The notes under the pieces were generated by a model that was given only the letters and a program-made list of their open reading frames with translations, had not been told where the DNA came from and made no database searches. Shown piece after piece: positions 25,360 through 37,330 of a stretch of 64,000 nt of DNA (the first letter of the stretch is position 1; every line of letters starts with the position of its first letter). Origin of the DNA: Heterodontus francisci (Eukaryota); the NCBI RefSeq assembly GCF_036365525.1, contig NC_090404.1:15342550-15406549 (forward strand), given 5' to 3'. The position numbers were made by a program, and so were the translations under genes.

Positions 25360-28300
25360 GGAGTAGAGAGAGAGAGAGAGTGGGTGAGGAGTAGAGGGTA
25401 GAGGGTGACGGAGTGAGAGAGAGAGGGTGAGGGGTAGAGGGCAGAGGGTGACGGAGTGAGAGAGAGAGGGTGAGGGGTAGAGGGTAGAGTGTGATGGAGT
25501 GAGAGAGAGAGGGTGAGGGGTAGAGGGCAGAGGGTGACGGAGTAGAGGTAGAGAGAGAGGGCGAGGGGTAGAGGGCGGAGGGTGACAGAGTGAGTGAGAG
25601 AGGGTGAGGGGTAGAGGGCAGAGGGTGACGGAGTAAAAAGAGAGGGTGAGGGGTAGAGGGCAGAGGGTGACGGAGTGAGAGAGAGAGAGGGTGAGGGGTA
25701 GAGGGCAGAGGGTGACAGAGTCGAGAGTGAGAGGGTGAGGGGTAGAAGGCAGAGGGTGACGGCGTAGAGAGTGAGAGGGTGAGGGATAGAGGGTAAAGGG
25801 TGACAGAGTGAGAGAGAGGGTGAGGGGTAGAGGGCAGAGGGTGACGGAGTTGATGGTGAGAGGGTGAGGGGTAGAGGGCAGAGGGTGACAGAGTGAGAGA
25901 GAGAGGGTGAGGGGTAGAGGGCAGAGGGTGACGGAGTCGAGGGTGAGAGGGTGAGGAATAGTGGGGAGAGGGTGATGGAGTGAGAGAGAGGGTGAGGGGT
26001 AGAGGGCAGAGGGTGACGGAGTAAAAAGAGAGGGTGAGGGGTAGAGGGCAGAGGGTGACGGACTGAGAGAGAGAGGGTGAGGGGTAGAGGGCGGAGGGTG
26101 ACAGAGTAGAGAGAGAGGGTGAGGGGTAGAGGGCAGAGGGTGACGGAGTGAGAGTGAGAGAGAGAGGGTGAGGGGTAGAGGGCAGGGGGTGACAGAGTAG
26201 AGAGTGAGAGGGTGAGGGGTAGAGGGCAAAGGGTGACGGAGTGAGAGAGAGGGTGAGGGGTAGAGGGTAGAGGGTGACGGAGTGAGAGAGAGAGGGTGAG
26301 GAGTAGAGGGCAGAGGGTGATGGAGTGAGAGAGAGAGGGTGAGGGGTAGAGGGTAGAGGGTGACGGAGTGAGAGTGAGAGGGTGAGGGGTAGAGGGCAGA
26401 GGGTGATGGAGTGAGAGAGAGAGGGTGAGGGGTAGAGGGCGGGGGGTGATGGAGTGAGAGAGAGAGGGTGAGGGGTAGAGGGTAGAGGGTGACGGAGTGA
26501 GAGAGAGAGGGTGAGGGGTAGAGGGCAGAGGGTGACGGAGTGAGAGCGAGAGGGTGAGGGGTGGAGGGCGGAGGGTGACGGAATGAGAGAGAGAGGGTGA
26601 GGGGTAGAGGGCAGAGGGTGACGGAGTAGAGAGAGAGGGCGAGGGGTAGAGGGCGGAGGGTGACGGAGTGAGTGAGAGAGGGTGAGGGGTAGAGGGCAGA
26701 GGGTGACGGAGTAAAAAGAGAGGGTGAGGGGTAGAGGGCAGAGGGTGACGGAGTGAGAGAGAGAGAGCGTGAGAGGTAGAGGGCAGTGGGTGACGGAATG
26801 AGAGAGAGAGGGTGAGGGGTAGAGGGCAGAGGGTGACAGAGTCGAGAGTGAGAGGGTGAGGAGTAGAGGGCAGAGGGTGATGGAGTGAGAGAGAGAGGGT
26901 GAGGGGTAGAGGGCAGAGGGTGGGAGTGAGAGAGACAGGGTGAGGGGTAGAGGGCAGAGGGTGACGGATTAAAAAGAGAGGGTGAGCGGTAGAGGGCAGA
27001 GGGTGACGGAGTGAGAGAGAGAGGGTGAGGGGTAGAGGGCAGAGGGTGACGGAGTGAGAGAGAGAGGGTGAGGGGTGGAGGGCGGAGGGTGACGGAGTGA
27101 GAGAGAGAGGGTGAGAGTTAGAGGGCAGAGGGTGACGGAGTAGAGAGAGAGGGCGAGGGGTAGAGGGCGGAGGGTGACGGAGTGAGTGAGAGAGGGTGAG
27201 GGGTAGAGGGCAGAGGGTGACGGAGTAAAAAGAGAGGGTGAGGGGTAGAGGGCAGAGGGTGACGGAGTGAGAGAGAGAGAGGGTGAGAGGTAGAGGGATG
27301 AGGGTGACGGAGTGAGAGAGAGAGGGTGAGGGGTAGAGGGCAGAGGGTGACAGAGTCGAGAGTGAGAGGGTGAGGGGTAGAAGGCAGAGGGTGACGGAGT
27401 AGAGAGAGAGAGAGAGGGTGAGGGGTAGAGGGCAGAGGGTGACAGAGTGAGAGAGAGAGGGTGAGGGGTAGAGGGCAGAGGGTGACGGAGTCGAGGGTGA
27501 GAGGGTGAGGAATAGAGGGGAGAGGGTGATGGAGTGAGAGAGAGAGGGTGAGGGGTAGTGGGCAGAGGGTGACGGAGTAAAAAGAGAGTGTGAGGGCAGA
27601 GGGCAGAGGGTGACGGACTGAGAGAGAGAGGGTGAGAGGTAGAGGGCGGAGGGTGACAGAGTAGAGAGAGAGGGTGAGGGGTAGAGGGCGGAGGGTGATG
27701 GAGTGAGAGAGAGAGAGAGGGTGAGGGGTAGAGGGCAGGGGGTGACAGAGTAGAGAGAGAGGGTGAGGGGTAGAGGGTAGAGGGTGACGGAGTGAGAGGG
27801 AGAGGGTGAGGAGTAGAGGGCAGAGGGTGATGGAGTGAGAGAGAGGGTGAGGGGTAGAGGGTAGAGGGTGACGGAGTGAGAGGGAGAGGGTGAGGGGTAG
27901 AGGGCAGAGGGTGACGGAGTAAAAAGAGAGGGTGATCGGTAGAGGGCAGAGGGTGATGGAGTGATAGAAAGAGGGTGAGGGGTAGAGGGCAGAGGGTGAC
28001 GGAGTGAGAGAGAGGGTGAGGGGTAGAGGGTAGAGGGTGACGGAGTGAGAGGGAGAGGGTGAGGGGTAGAGGGCGGAGGGTGACGGAGTGAGAGGGAGAG
28101 GGTGAGGAGTAAAAAGAGAGGGTGAGCGGTAGAGGGCAGAGGGTGATGGAGTGATAGAAAGAGGGTGAGGGGTAGAGGGCAGAGGGTGACGGAGTGAGAG
28201 AGAGTGGGTGAGGGGTAGAGGGATGAGGGTGACGGAGTGAGAGAGAGAGGGTGAGGGGTAGAGGGATGAGGGTGACGGAGTGAGAGGATGAGGGGTGGAG

Positions 28301-28700
28301 GGTGAGAGGGTGACGGAGGCGAGGGTGAGAGGGTGAGGGATGGAGGGCAGAGGGTGACGGAGTGAGAGAGAGTGGGTGAGGGGTAGAGGGATGAGGGTGA
28401 CGGAGTGAGAGAGAGTGGGTGAGGGGTAGAGGGATGAGGGTGACGGAGTGAGAGAGAGAGGGTGAGGGGTAGAGGGATGAGGGTGACGGAGTGAGAGGAT
28501 GAGGGGTGGAGGGTGAGAGGGTGACGGAGGCGAGGGTGAGAGGGTGAGGGGTAGAGGGATGAGGGTGACGGAGTGAGAGAGAGAGGGTGAGGGGTAGAGG
28601 GATGAGGGTGACGGAGTGAGAGAGAGAGGGTGAGGGGTAGAGGGATGAGGGTGACGGAGTGAGAGGGAGAGGGTGAGAGGGTGAGGGGTAGAGGGGTGCT
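25360..28700. repeat. Purine/G-rich satellite of about 39-43-bp units ((GA)n-GGGTGAGGGGTAGAGGGCAGAGGGTGACGGAGT)
   Basis: 3.3 kb of tandem units, each with four G3-4 runs; strongly strand-asymmetric. Confidence 0.95.
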
Positions 28701-29339
28701 GGCCTTAGAGCTAGGAGACATCACAAGCTGCCCCCTCCTGCACTATCCGTGTCGGAGGGTATGAGGGCAGGATGGAGCCTGGCGAAGGGAGATTTGGGAA
28801 TCTGCCTGGGATCGGGAATAGCTGAGCAGTGTCTCAGTGACACGTGCTGAAGTCACTGAAGGATAACGCTGCCCCCTCATGTCGAGCAATCCCACTACAC
28901 TGTGCTGAAAGCCGTCACAAACAGCGCAGAAACAGGCCATTCGGCCCAGCTGCTCTGTGCTGGTATTTACGCCCCACACGAGCCTCCTCCTCCCCTTCAT
29001 CTCCCCCCCCCATCAACATATCCCTCTATTCCTTTCTCCCTCATGTGTTTATCCAGCTTCCTCTTAAATACATCAACACTATTATTCACCTCAACCCCTC
29101 CCTGTTGTAACGGGTTCCACATCCTCGCCACTCTCTGGGTGAAGACATTCGTCCTCGAGCCTGTTACACAGGAACAGGAGGAGACCATTCAGCCCCTCGG
29201 GTCTGTTACACAGGATCGGGAGAGGCCATTCAGCCCCTCACAACTGCTCTGCCATTCAATAAAATCTTCCTAAACTCATTCCCGCCCTATTCCCTACGTC
29301 CCTTGATTTCCCTAGAGTCCAAAATTCTATTGATTTCTG

Positions 29340-31798
29340 ACATGAGCATCAATGGTTTCCTTTTCCCAGTAAAAGAGATCTAGTGGCCCCTGTGTCCCTG
29401 AGAATTACTATGGGCTTGCTTGCCCCACTCGAGGGGTGTGGGGTTACTCTCCCTTCAGACACAAAACCCTGATAGCCTTCAGGATTCCTATTAACTTTTC
29501 CTGCATTTGCCGTAGTAAGCTTCCTGGGTTGTACTCTTACAGCAGTTAAAGCTACAGCTTGTTCTGTTGTGCTCTCCTCCAGGATTCCTTCTTCACTGAA
29601 CGGACCTGCCCTGATTAACCCTTTAATTTCCGGCAGTCAGGTTTTAAATGCCCTGCCTTATTACAATGGAAGCACACAGGTCTCCGGGTCTCATGCCTGC
29701 TCACAGCTGGAGGAGGGCCCCCTGTGTCTCCTGCTTTCCTTTCTCTCCCGGGACTGCTTGGGCTTCTATCACCATCCCACCCTTTATCCTTTTCGGATTT
29801 GTGGGAATGATGAAGAAAGTTTCTCCCCTGGGAAACCGGCTTATAAATTAAAGCAAACTCATCGGCCAGAACGGCCACTTGCCGGGCTCTCTGAACCGGC
29901 TGCTCCTCCACATGGGTCTTTATGGAGAGTGGGAGAGAGTTTTTAAATTCCTCTAACAGAACTACTTCCCTGAGATGCTCATAGCTGAGTTGTACTTTAA
30001 CAGCCCTCAGCCACTGGTCAAAAGACAGCTGCTTACTTCTTTCAAACTCCAGATAGGTTTGATTAGCTTGCTTCTTGAGGGTTCTAAACTTTTGACGATA
30101 GTCTTCAGGTACTAATTCATATGCCCTGAGGATAGCATTTTTTGTCAGTTCTTAATTTGATGAACTCTCATCTGGCAACAGGGAATAAACCTCATGGGCT
30201 TTTCTGGTCAGCTTGCTTTGTCATAAAAGAGGCCAGGTCTCAACTGGACATTTTAGCTGCAATATCAAAAGACACAAAAAATTCTTCCACATCTTCCTCA
30301 TTGAATTCTGGGATTAGTTTGAAATTGTTTTAACAATTCTGTACCCAGCCCTGAATTACACTCCTCCATATTGGCCACGCTTTCACTCGGGTTACTCTGT
30401 CACCCCCCCAGTTAACTCAGGATGCCTCAGTTCTCGGAATGTTCTTTCTCTCTCCCTCTACTGCCTTTCATTTTCTTCACGTTCCTTCTGGAAGGCTCTT
30501 TCTTTCACCCTCTCCTGTTTCTTTCTTTTTCTCTTTCCTCTAATTCAAGTTTCCTTTGTTCCAATTGTATCTTTGCTAGCGTACCCTGTCTGGGTCTACT
30601 TCTACAGGTTCAAGGGAAAAATGGTTGACCACTAGCCTTAGGAGTTCAGACTTCCTAGCCTTGCCACGTACAGTGATCCCACACTGCTCAGCCATTTTCC
30701 TCAACTCCTCCATGGACAGTGTTTTTAACTTATCCCAAGTTACTTCACCCTGGCTTGGAGAGCTACTGGCTTCAGTTGCAGATATGTTAGTATTCAATCA
30801 CACACAACCACAAGGAAACCTGTACTGATTTGCTCTTTTTGATTGGGAATAATTTGGCTTCACACTTCCAATTTCTCTCGTTTGTCTGTGGGTAAAATCC
30901 AGGATGGTAGCACCCAAATTTCTGTTACGACTAGGGTTCCCTCTCAGCCTTCACCTGGTCTTGCCGTAACAGGGTTTAATTTTAAACACACCGTGTTTTT
31001 AGCTCCCCCTTGGTGAATCCTTGTTCACCGCTTTCCAATTATAAGGCAAAGAAACCAGCACAACAGGTTTTCTAAGGTGAAAAGAAGAAAGGTTGAAATT
31101 TATTAAACTTAAACTGTAATTCGATTAATGCCTATGGATACACGACCCGCCCACGTTAGCATCCATATGCGATACACATGCAGATAGAGACAGAAAAGAG
31201 CAGAAGAAATAAAGTGGAAAAGTTTGAGGCAATATCTGAAGCTGGTTTTTGTTACTGTTCTTCGAGCTCACTTTCGCCTCCTTGATTGTAGGTAGGTCTT
31301 ACTTTTCATTGGGGCCCAGTATTCTTCTTAAACCTTGTTCTATGTCGGAGGTCCATGTGTCTTCAGTAGGTCCAGAGGCTTGAGAGAAAGAGATGGGAGC
31401 AGACAGGAGAGAGAGGCTTCCTTGCTCCAGGTGCCAGTTCAAACAGCCTTCTGAATCTCTGTGACACAAATTAAAAAAAACAGGTTGCCCAGCAAGTCAG
31501 TCATGTGACCAGCTGGTTTGACCACGTCTGTTTGTGGATTCAGCCATCTTAGTAGTCATCCTGGAATGTGAGCTTCCTCACCTTCAATGTCTGGTGATCA
31601 AAGTTCATTGTGGATTGAATGTGTCAGGGAATGGTCCTTTGTCCCCACAAGCACTGCCTGTTAGTACGTATATATTTTTTCCAGCCACGGCTGATCTGTT
31701 TAAGAAGTAATTTCATCGCTCCAGCAACAGTTTAAAATCAATGTTAATATGACAACATTAATATGCCTCATTCTTGGCAGGTGGGGATCTACATGACA
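29340..31798 (-). mobile_element. Truncated Gypsy-type LTR retrotransposon (Gmr1-like): 5' LTR, PBS, disrupted gag, start of protease
   Basis: LTR 30923-31798 with TGTCATG...CGTAACA ends and a degenerate tRNA-Pro-like PBS at 30897-30916. gag starts near 30797, with a capsid/SCAN-like segment (ILRAYELVPEDYRQKFR...VLLEEFKNSL) and a CCHC knuckle CFHCNKAGHLKPDC. Protease motif VILRDTGATRSL at about 29370-29410. Stops and frameshifts are present, and there is no RT/IN. Confidence 0.85.
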
Positions 31799-32122
31799 AT
31801 ACATTAATCTCTATCTCTTCATCTAAGTTATTAATGTAGATTGTAATTAGGTGCAACTTCAACACTGGGGCACTCCACTAGTTACAGCCTGCCAACCTGA
31901 AAATGCCCCATTTATCCCTACTCTCTGCTTCCTGTCTGTTAACCAATCCTCTATCCATGCTAATATGTTACCCCCTAAACACGAGCCGTTATCTTATGTA
32001 GTAACCTTTTTTGTGGTACCTTATTGAATGTTATTTGGAAATCCAGGTATACTGCATCTACTGGCTCCCCTCTATCTACCCTACTAGTTACATCCTCAAA
32101 AAATTCTAATCAATTTCCCTTT

Positions 32123-32418
32123 AGTCGTTTGGTAGTACAGAACTTGAGTATTGCTGGAAATAGAGACATGTTGTTGAAACTTGTCTTCTTGCACTCATCA
32201 GGACAATCCAAAAGAATACCGATGTAAGGGAAAATAACAACCTTATACTGTATGAGAAGAGAGTGCTGATTGGTTGGAAATTAATGCTTGCCAATTAATC
32301 AGCACTCTTGGACAGCATAAAGTTGTTTTTTCCCTTACTATTCGTATTCTTGTGGATTGTCCTGATGAGTGTAAGATGAAAAGCTTCGACAACATGTCTC
32401 TATTTTCAGCGATACTCA
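32123..32418. mobile_element. Palindromic (inverted pair) Penelope-type terminal-repeat insertion with 11-bp TSD
   Basis: Arms from 32144 to about 32280 and about 32290 to 32419 are imperfect reverse complements. AATTTCCCTTT is directly repeated at 32112-32122 and 32419-32429. Each arm carries a hammerhead-like core. Confidence 0.75.
32357..32392 (+). ncRNA. Minimal hammerhead ribozyme motif (Penelope-type)
   Basis: TTGTC-CTGATGA-GTGTAAGAT-GAAA-AGCT-TC-GACAA. Stem I is TTGTC/GACAA, the core boxes are intact, stem III is the palindrome AAGCTT and the cleavage triplet is UUC. Stem II is weak (G-U closing pair). Confidence 0.7.
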
Positions 32419-33153
32419 AATTTCCCTTTCATAAAACCATGTTGACACTGTCTGATCATACTATGATTTTCTAAGTGAATTGTTAAGATTTCCCTAATAA
32501 TAGATTGCAGCATTTTCCCAATGACTGATGTCAGGCTAACCTGCCTGTAGTTCCCTGTTTTTTCTCTCTCTCTCTCCTTTCTTGAATAGTGGTGTTACAT
32601 TTACGACCTTCCAATTTTCTAGAATTTAGGGAACGACCCTCTGAGAGAAGAAATTCCTCCTCATCTCCTTCTTAAATGGGAGACCCTTTATTCTGAAACT
32701 GTGTCCCCCCAGTTCTAGATTCCCCCATGAGGGAAATCATCCTGTAGGCATCTACCCTGTCAAGCCCCCTCAGAATCTTATACGTTTCAGTAAGATTTAT
32801 TCCACTCGTTCATCTATCTTGTTATGAATGCTTCGTGCATTCAGATAAATGGCCTTTAATTTTAATCTTTCACCATTTTTCACTGACTCTCTGCCCCTTC
32901 CTGTCCTACTTGCTCCACTGCTATGTGGCCTTGATTTTCTCTTTAGAGTTCCAAATTTCCTGACCCCGCCCCCTTCCCCTCCCCCCCCACCTCCTTTTTA
33001 ATTTAAAGCCCTACCTACAAGATCCTAGGCTGGTTTACGTGGAAACCATCCCAACGGAGCAGCTCCCTCTTTCCCCAGTACTGGTGCCAGTGCCTCATGA
33101 ATCAAAAACCCTTCTTCCCTCAACACTCTGTGAGCCAGACATTCAACTCTCTG

Positions 33154-33252
33154 TGTTCTGATGAAAAGGTCACAGACCCCGAAACGTTAACTCTGCTTCT
33201 CTCTTCACAGATACTGCCTGAGCTGCTGAGTACTTCCAGCACTTTCCGTTTT
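33154..33252 (+). mobile_element. Solo Penelope pLTR fragment of about 99 bp with 14-bp TSD, containing a minimal hammerhead (33155-33191)
   Basis: CATTCAACTCTCTG is repeated at 33140-33153 and 33253-33266. The insert reads GTT-CTGATGA-AAAGGTCACAGACCCC-GAAA-CG-TT-AAC...CACAGATACTGCCTGAGCTGCTGAGTACTTCCAGCA, homologous to the 3' end of the Penelope element at 50610-50705. Confidence 0.8.
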
Positions 33253-33329
33253 CATTCAACTCTCTGCCCTGTTTGACTCCATACCAATTGGCACGTGGCT
33301 CAGGGAGTAATGCCAAGATTGTTGCCCAT

Positions 33330-34126
33330 AGTCATCTTGAGCAACTCAGTCGGATCACCCCTTCATCTTCTTAATTTTGGGACATATAAGCCTGGTCTAT
33401 GTGATGTGTCCTTGTAATGTAAGCCTTTTAGCTGCCGGTATCATTCTGGTTCTTTTGTGGTTTTACCTTCTCGAAGGAGATAACGTCGAGTCTGTTGATG
33501 TGTCAAAAAAGAAGACCACAACCCAGCTTGCTTTCCAAAAACTCCCAAGAGAAGACCGTGTGTCATTTGTTTCCTGTATTTGAAGGAAGCCTGCTAAAAA
33601 TAATTCTCAACACCGCCTGATAAGAACGGTCCTAAAAGATCTCAGTGACCTGTCTACGTGTACTCGGAAGTTAGACTATATGCCAGTTCTGGAACAACAG
33701 ACCTCATCTGCTGTTTTTTTTCCAGAAATGAGCAAGTAATCTGCCCTGGAGTTTTTTTTGGCTGTAACAGATCTCTGATCCAAAAATCCCTTTTAATTTT
33801 TTTCGGTTAACCAGTTTACAGATATGTGCGTGTGTGAGTGTGAGATGCTAAGGTTAAAAAAAAGGGACTTTAAAATTTAATGTTGGGGCTTTAAAAATTT
33901 TAATCAGTGTGTTTATGTTTTACTTCGTTACTGGTTAAGACTTGTTCTATAATAAACTGGTAATTTTGTTGTTAATTTAAAAAACCTGGTTAGTGTGTTC
34001 TATTCTGGGAAAAATAGAGTAGATGATTGACCGTATTGATAAGTGGGAAAATGTTAAATAATATGTTGTGACCTGTGGAGAGGTGGGACTGAATTAACAG
34101 CGCACTCCTCCCTCCTCGGTCGCAAC
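33330..34126 (+). mobile_element. Probable solo/partial LTR
   Basis: AT-rich, with TATA-like ATATAAG (about 33384), AATAAA (33951) and an end GGTCGCAAC resembling the GTCGTAACA end of the other LTR. The 5' boundary is not defined. Confidence 0.45.
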
Positions 34127-34214
34127 TTATTTAACCATCCCTCCAAGGCCGAGATGTCCTTCCTGAGGTCGGATGTTTTGGCTCCTTAGGAGACTTTGAG
34201 GCCTGAAATGACTC

Positions 34215-34800
34215 CAGTCTCAACGGCAACATCAACGTGCATTTACATAGTGCCTTTGACCTTCCAAGGCATTTCATGGAGCAAAATCCGAAAAGTGACA
34301 CTTAGCCACGTAAGAAGACATTCAGACAGATGGCCAAAAGGTTTAAGGAGGGAATTCCAGAGCTTGGGGCCCAGGCAGCTGACGGCACGGCCGCCAATGG
34401 TGGAGAGATTAAAATCGGGGGATGTTCGAGAGGCCGGGATTTGAGGAGCACAGAGATCTCGGAGGGTTGTGGGGCAGGAGGAGGTTACAGAGAAAGGGAA
34501 GGGGCAAGGTTGTGGATGAACATTTTAGAACTGAGGTGTGGTTTGGCCAATGTAGGTCAGTGAGCACAGGGCGGGGGTGACGGGTGAACGGGACTGGGTG
34601 TGAGTCAGGGCATGGCCAGCGGAGTTTTGGATGAGCTCAACTTTACGCAGTGTGGAAGATGAGAGTCCAGCCAGGAGAGCACGGGAAGAGTCAAGTCTGG
34701 AGGGGACATATGCGGATGAGGTGACTTGAGTTCCTCGGCAGTGCTGAGGAACGGGAGGAAAGAGAGGTGAGGGGGGGGGTGGGGGTTGGGTGTGAGCTGG
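34215..34800 (-). mobile_element. L2-like LINE 3' fragment
   Basis: The minus strand encodes a GGRAVSCLGPKLWNSL-like L2 ORF2 C-terminus and ends in a GGCACTATGTAAATGCA tail. A related fragment lies at 54850-55065. Confidence 0.65.
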
Positions 34801-35309
34801 GCCTAATGTCCTTCATGTAGGGTGGGAGGGAGGGAGACTGACCAATGGGGTTCCCACTCAGAGAGTTGCCTCCATCAGATCTCAAAGCTCTTAGAGAGGG
34901 CTCACATCTCCTTGCAATGTCATTCCTCTGGTGGGTGGGAGGAGGGGCAGTGGCCTTAAGAAAACCCCAAACTCGGCTGGTGCGAGGCCTCCCACAGCTG
35001 ATGAGGGCAGCTATTCCTGAGCCGCACGACGACACCCTGTGCGCACATGCCCCCCACCCCCCCGGCCGACCCTGCCTTCCCCGCCTCCCCTCGATGTAAC
35101 CAGTGTGGGGGGGCGGGGGGGCAAGGTCAGTGGGTTGTGCACTGGGTGCTGGCGAGCGGCTCAGGAATGTCCTCCCTCGTCAGCTGTGGGAGGCCTCGCA
35201 CCGGAATTTACAGGGTCAGCAGAAAGGGAGTGAAATCCTCCACGAATCAGCTTTGGGCGCCGTATTCCAGTATCCCGGAAGGAAGTCAGGCTCCTGCCCT
35301 TAATTGGCC

Positions 35310-36765
35310 AGTCTCTCCGTCAGGGACCGCTTTTAAAGAGGGAGTCTCTCTGTCAGGGACCCCTTTTAAAGAGGGAGTCTCTCCGTCAGGGACCGCTTTT
35401 AAAGAGGGAGTCTCTCCGTCAGGGACCCCTTTTAAAGAGGGAGTCTCTCCATCAGGGACCCCTTTTAAAGAGGGAGTCTCTCCGTTAGGGACCGCTTTTA
35501 AAGAGGGAGTCTCTCCATCAAGGACCCCTTTTAAAGAGGGAGTCTCTCCGTCAGGGACCGCTTTTAAAGAGGGAGTCTCCCCGTCAGGGACCCCTTTTAA
35601 AGAGGGAGTCTCTCCATCAGGGACCCCTTTTAAAGAGGGAGTCTCTCCGTCGGGGACCCCTTTTAAAGAGGGAGTCTCTCTGTCGGCGACCCCTTTTTAA
35701 AGAGGGAGTCTCTCTGTCGGGGACCCCTTGTAAAGAGGGAGTCTCTCTGTCGGGGACCCCTTTTACAGAGGGAGTCACTCCATCGGGGACCCCTTTTAAA
35801 GAGGGAGTCTCTCCATCGGGGACCCCTTGTAAAGAGGGAGTCTCTCTGTCGGGGACCCCTTTTACAGAGGGAGTCTCTCCGTCAGGGACCCCTTTTAAAG
35901 AGGGAGTCTCTCTGTCGGCGACCCCTTTTAAAGAGGGAGTCTCTCTGTCGGGGACCCCTTGTAAAGAAGGAGTCTCTCTGTCGGGGACCCCTTTTACAGA
36001 GGGAGTCACTCCATCGGGGACCCCTTTTAAAGAGGGAGTCTCTCCATCGGGGACCCCTTGTAAAGAGGGAGTCTCTCTGTCGGGGACCCCTTTTACAGAG
36101 GGAGTCTCTCCGTCAGGGACCCCTTTTAAAGAGGGAGTCTCTCTGTCGGCGACCCCTTTTAAAGAGGGAGTCTCTCTGTCGGGGACCCCTTGTAAAGAGG
36201 GAGTCTCTCTGTCGGGGACCCCTTTTACAGAGGGAGTCACTCCATCGGGGACCCCTTTTAAAGAGGGAGTCTCTCCATCGGGGACCCCTTGTAAAGAGGG
36301 AGTCTCTCTGTCGGGGACCCCTTTTACAGAGGGAGTCTCTCCATCGGGGACCCCTTGTAAAGAGGGAGTCTCTCTGTCGGCGACCCCTTTTAAAGAGGGA
36401 GTCTCTCTGTCGGCGACCCCTTTTAAAGAGGGAGTCTCTCTGTCGGGGACCCCTTTTACAGAGGGAGTCTCTCTGTCGGGGACCCCTTTTACAGAGGGAG
36501 TCACTCCATCGGGGACCCCTTTTAAAGAGGGAGTCTCTCCATCGGGGACCCCTTGTAAAGAGGGAGTCTCTCTGTCGGGGACCCCTTTTACAGAGGGAGT
36601 CACTCCATCGGGGACCCCTTTTAAAGAGGGAGTCTCTCCGTCAGGGACCCCTTTTAAAGAGGGAGTCTCTCTGTCGGGGACCCCTTTTAAAGAGGGAGTC
36701 TCTCTGTCGGGGACCCCTTTTAAAGAGGGAGTCTCTCCGTCGGGGACCCCTTTTAAAGAGGGATT
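35310..36765. repeat. 33-bp minisatellite (GAGGGAGTCTCTCCGTCAGGGACCCCTTTTAAA), about 44 copies
   Basis: Direct tandem copies with recurring variant blocks. Confidence 0.97.
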
Positions 36766-36959
36766 TTGAAACCAGAGACGCATTTTAAAAAAGGATTTTT
36801 AGTCTGGACCGGGACCCGTGAACTGACCAAATGTATGGGTTGTTGAGTGAGGGGCTCAGAGCAGTTTGCTCGCTGTGTGTCTCTGTCTCTCTCTCTCTAT
36901 CCACGTTGCTGGGGGTTGGGGAGTTGCCGGGAGTGGGGAGTGGGGAAGGAGGAGGAGGA

Positions 36960-37330
36960 AGCAAAGAGTTAAAAGGCGACGGTCGGGGCCGACGTGATCG
37001 GCGTGTCAAAGTGGCCGAGGCCCGGAACGCTCCCAGGCCACGATTGGCCAAGCAACAGGAGAACACGCTGACCCAGGGAAACAATGACTCTCCGGGAGAG
37101 AGGTGAGAGGTCAGGGGGGGCGGGGTCAGGAGGGGGGGGGCGGAGTCAGGTGGGGGGGCGGGGTCAGGAGGGGCGGGTCACATGACGGGGCCCTGTCAAC
37201 AACAGCCGCTTTCAGCTCGTGCCAAGTGCAGTCAGCCCAGCCCTTTCAAAACTCGTCATGCGAGGAAGATTCTCAACGGTCGGGAGACAAAGGCTTGAGA
37301 GAGAGAGAGAGCCAATGAGCACAGGCCTTT
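36960..37330. promoter_or_regulatory. Second CpG-rich promoter/enhancer-like island
   Basis: Four GC boxes in tandem (37114-37178), near-palindromic E-box GTCACATGAC (37177-37186), CCAAT boxes at 37043 (reverse) and 37312, and elevated CpG. Confidence 0.4.

Larger units (their letters stand above)
31800..32800 (-). mobile_element. Degenerate CR1 LINE fragments (RT region and 3' part), interrupted by a palindromic insertion
   Basis: Reverse-complement similarity to the plus-strand CR1 fragment at 63130-63820, e.g. GTGACTAGTGGAGTGCC and GATCTACATTAATAACTTAGATGAAG-like segments. Confidence 0.7.

Noticed and set aside
24366-28724. 1452-aa minus-strand ORF and overlapping ORFs
   Set aside because: Translation of a pyrimidine-rich satellite strand that lacks stop codons; low-complexity S/P/L/H/T with no domain or splice support.
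35047-36783. 11-aa repeat ORFs (KGVPDRETPSL), also at 15806-16179 and 57663-58665
   Set aside because: 33-bp minisatellites open in several frames; the 57.7-kb one is visibly SINE-derived.
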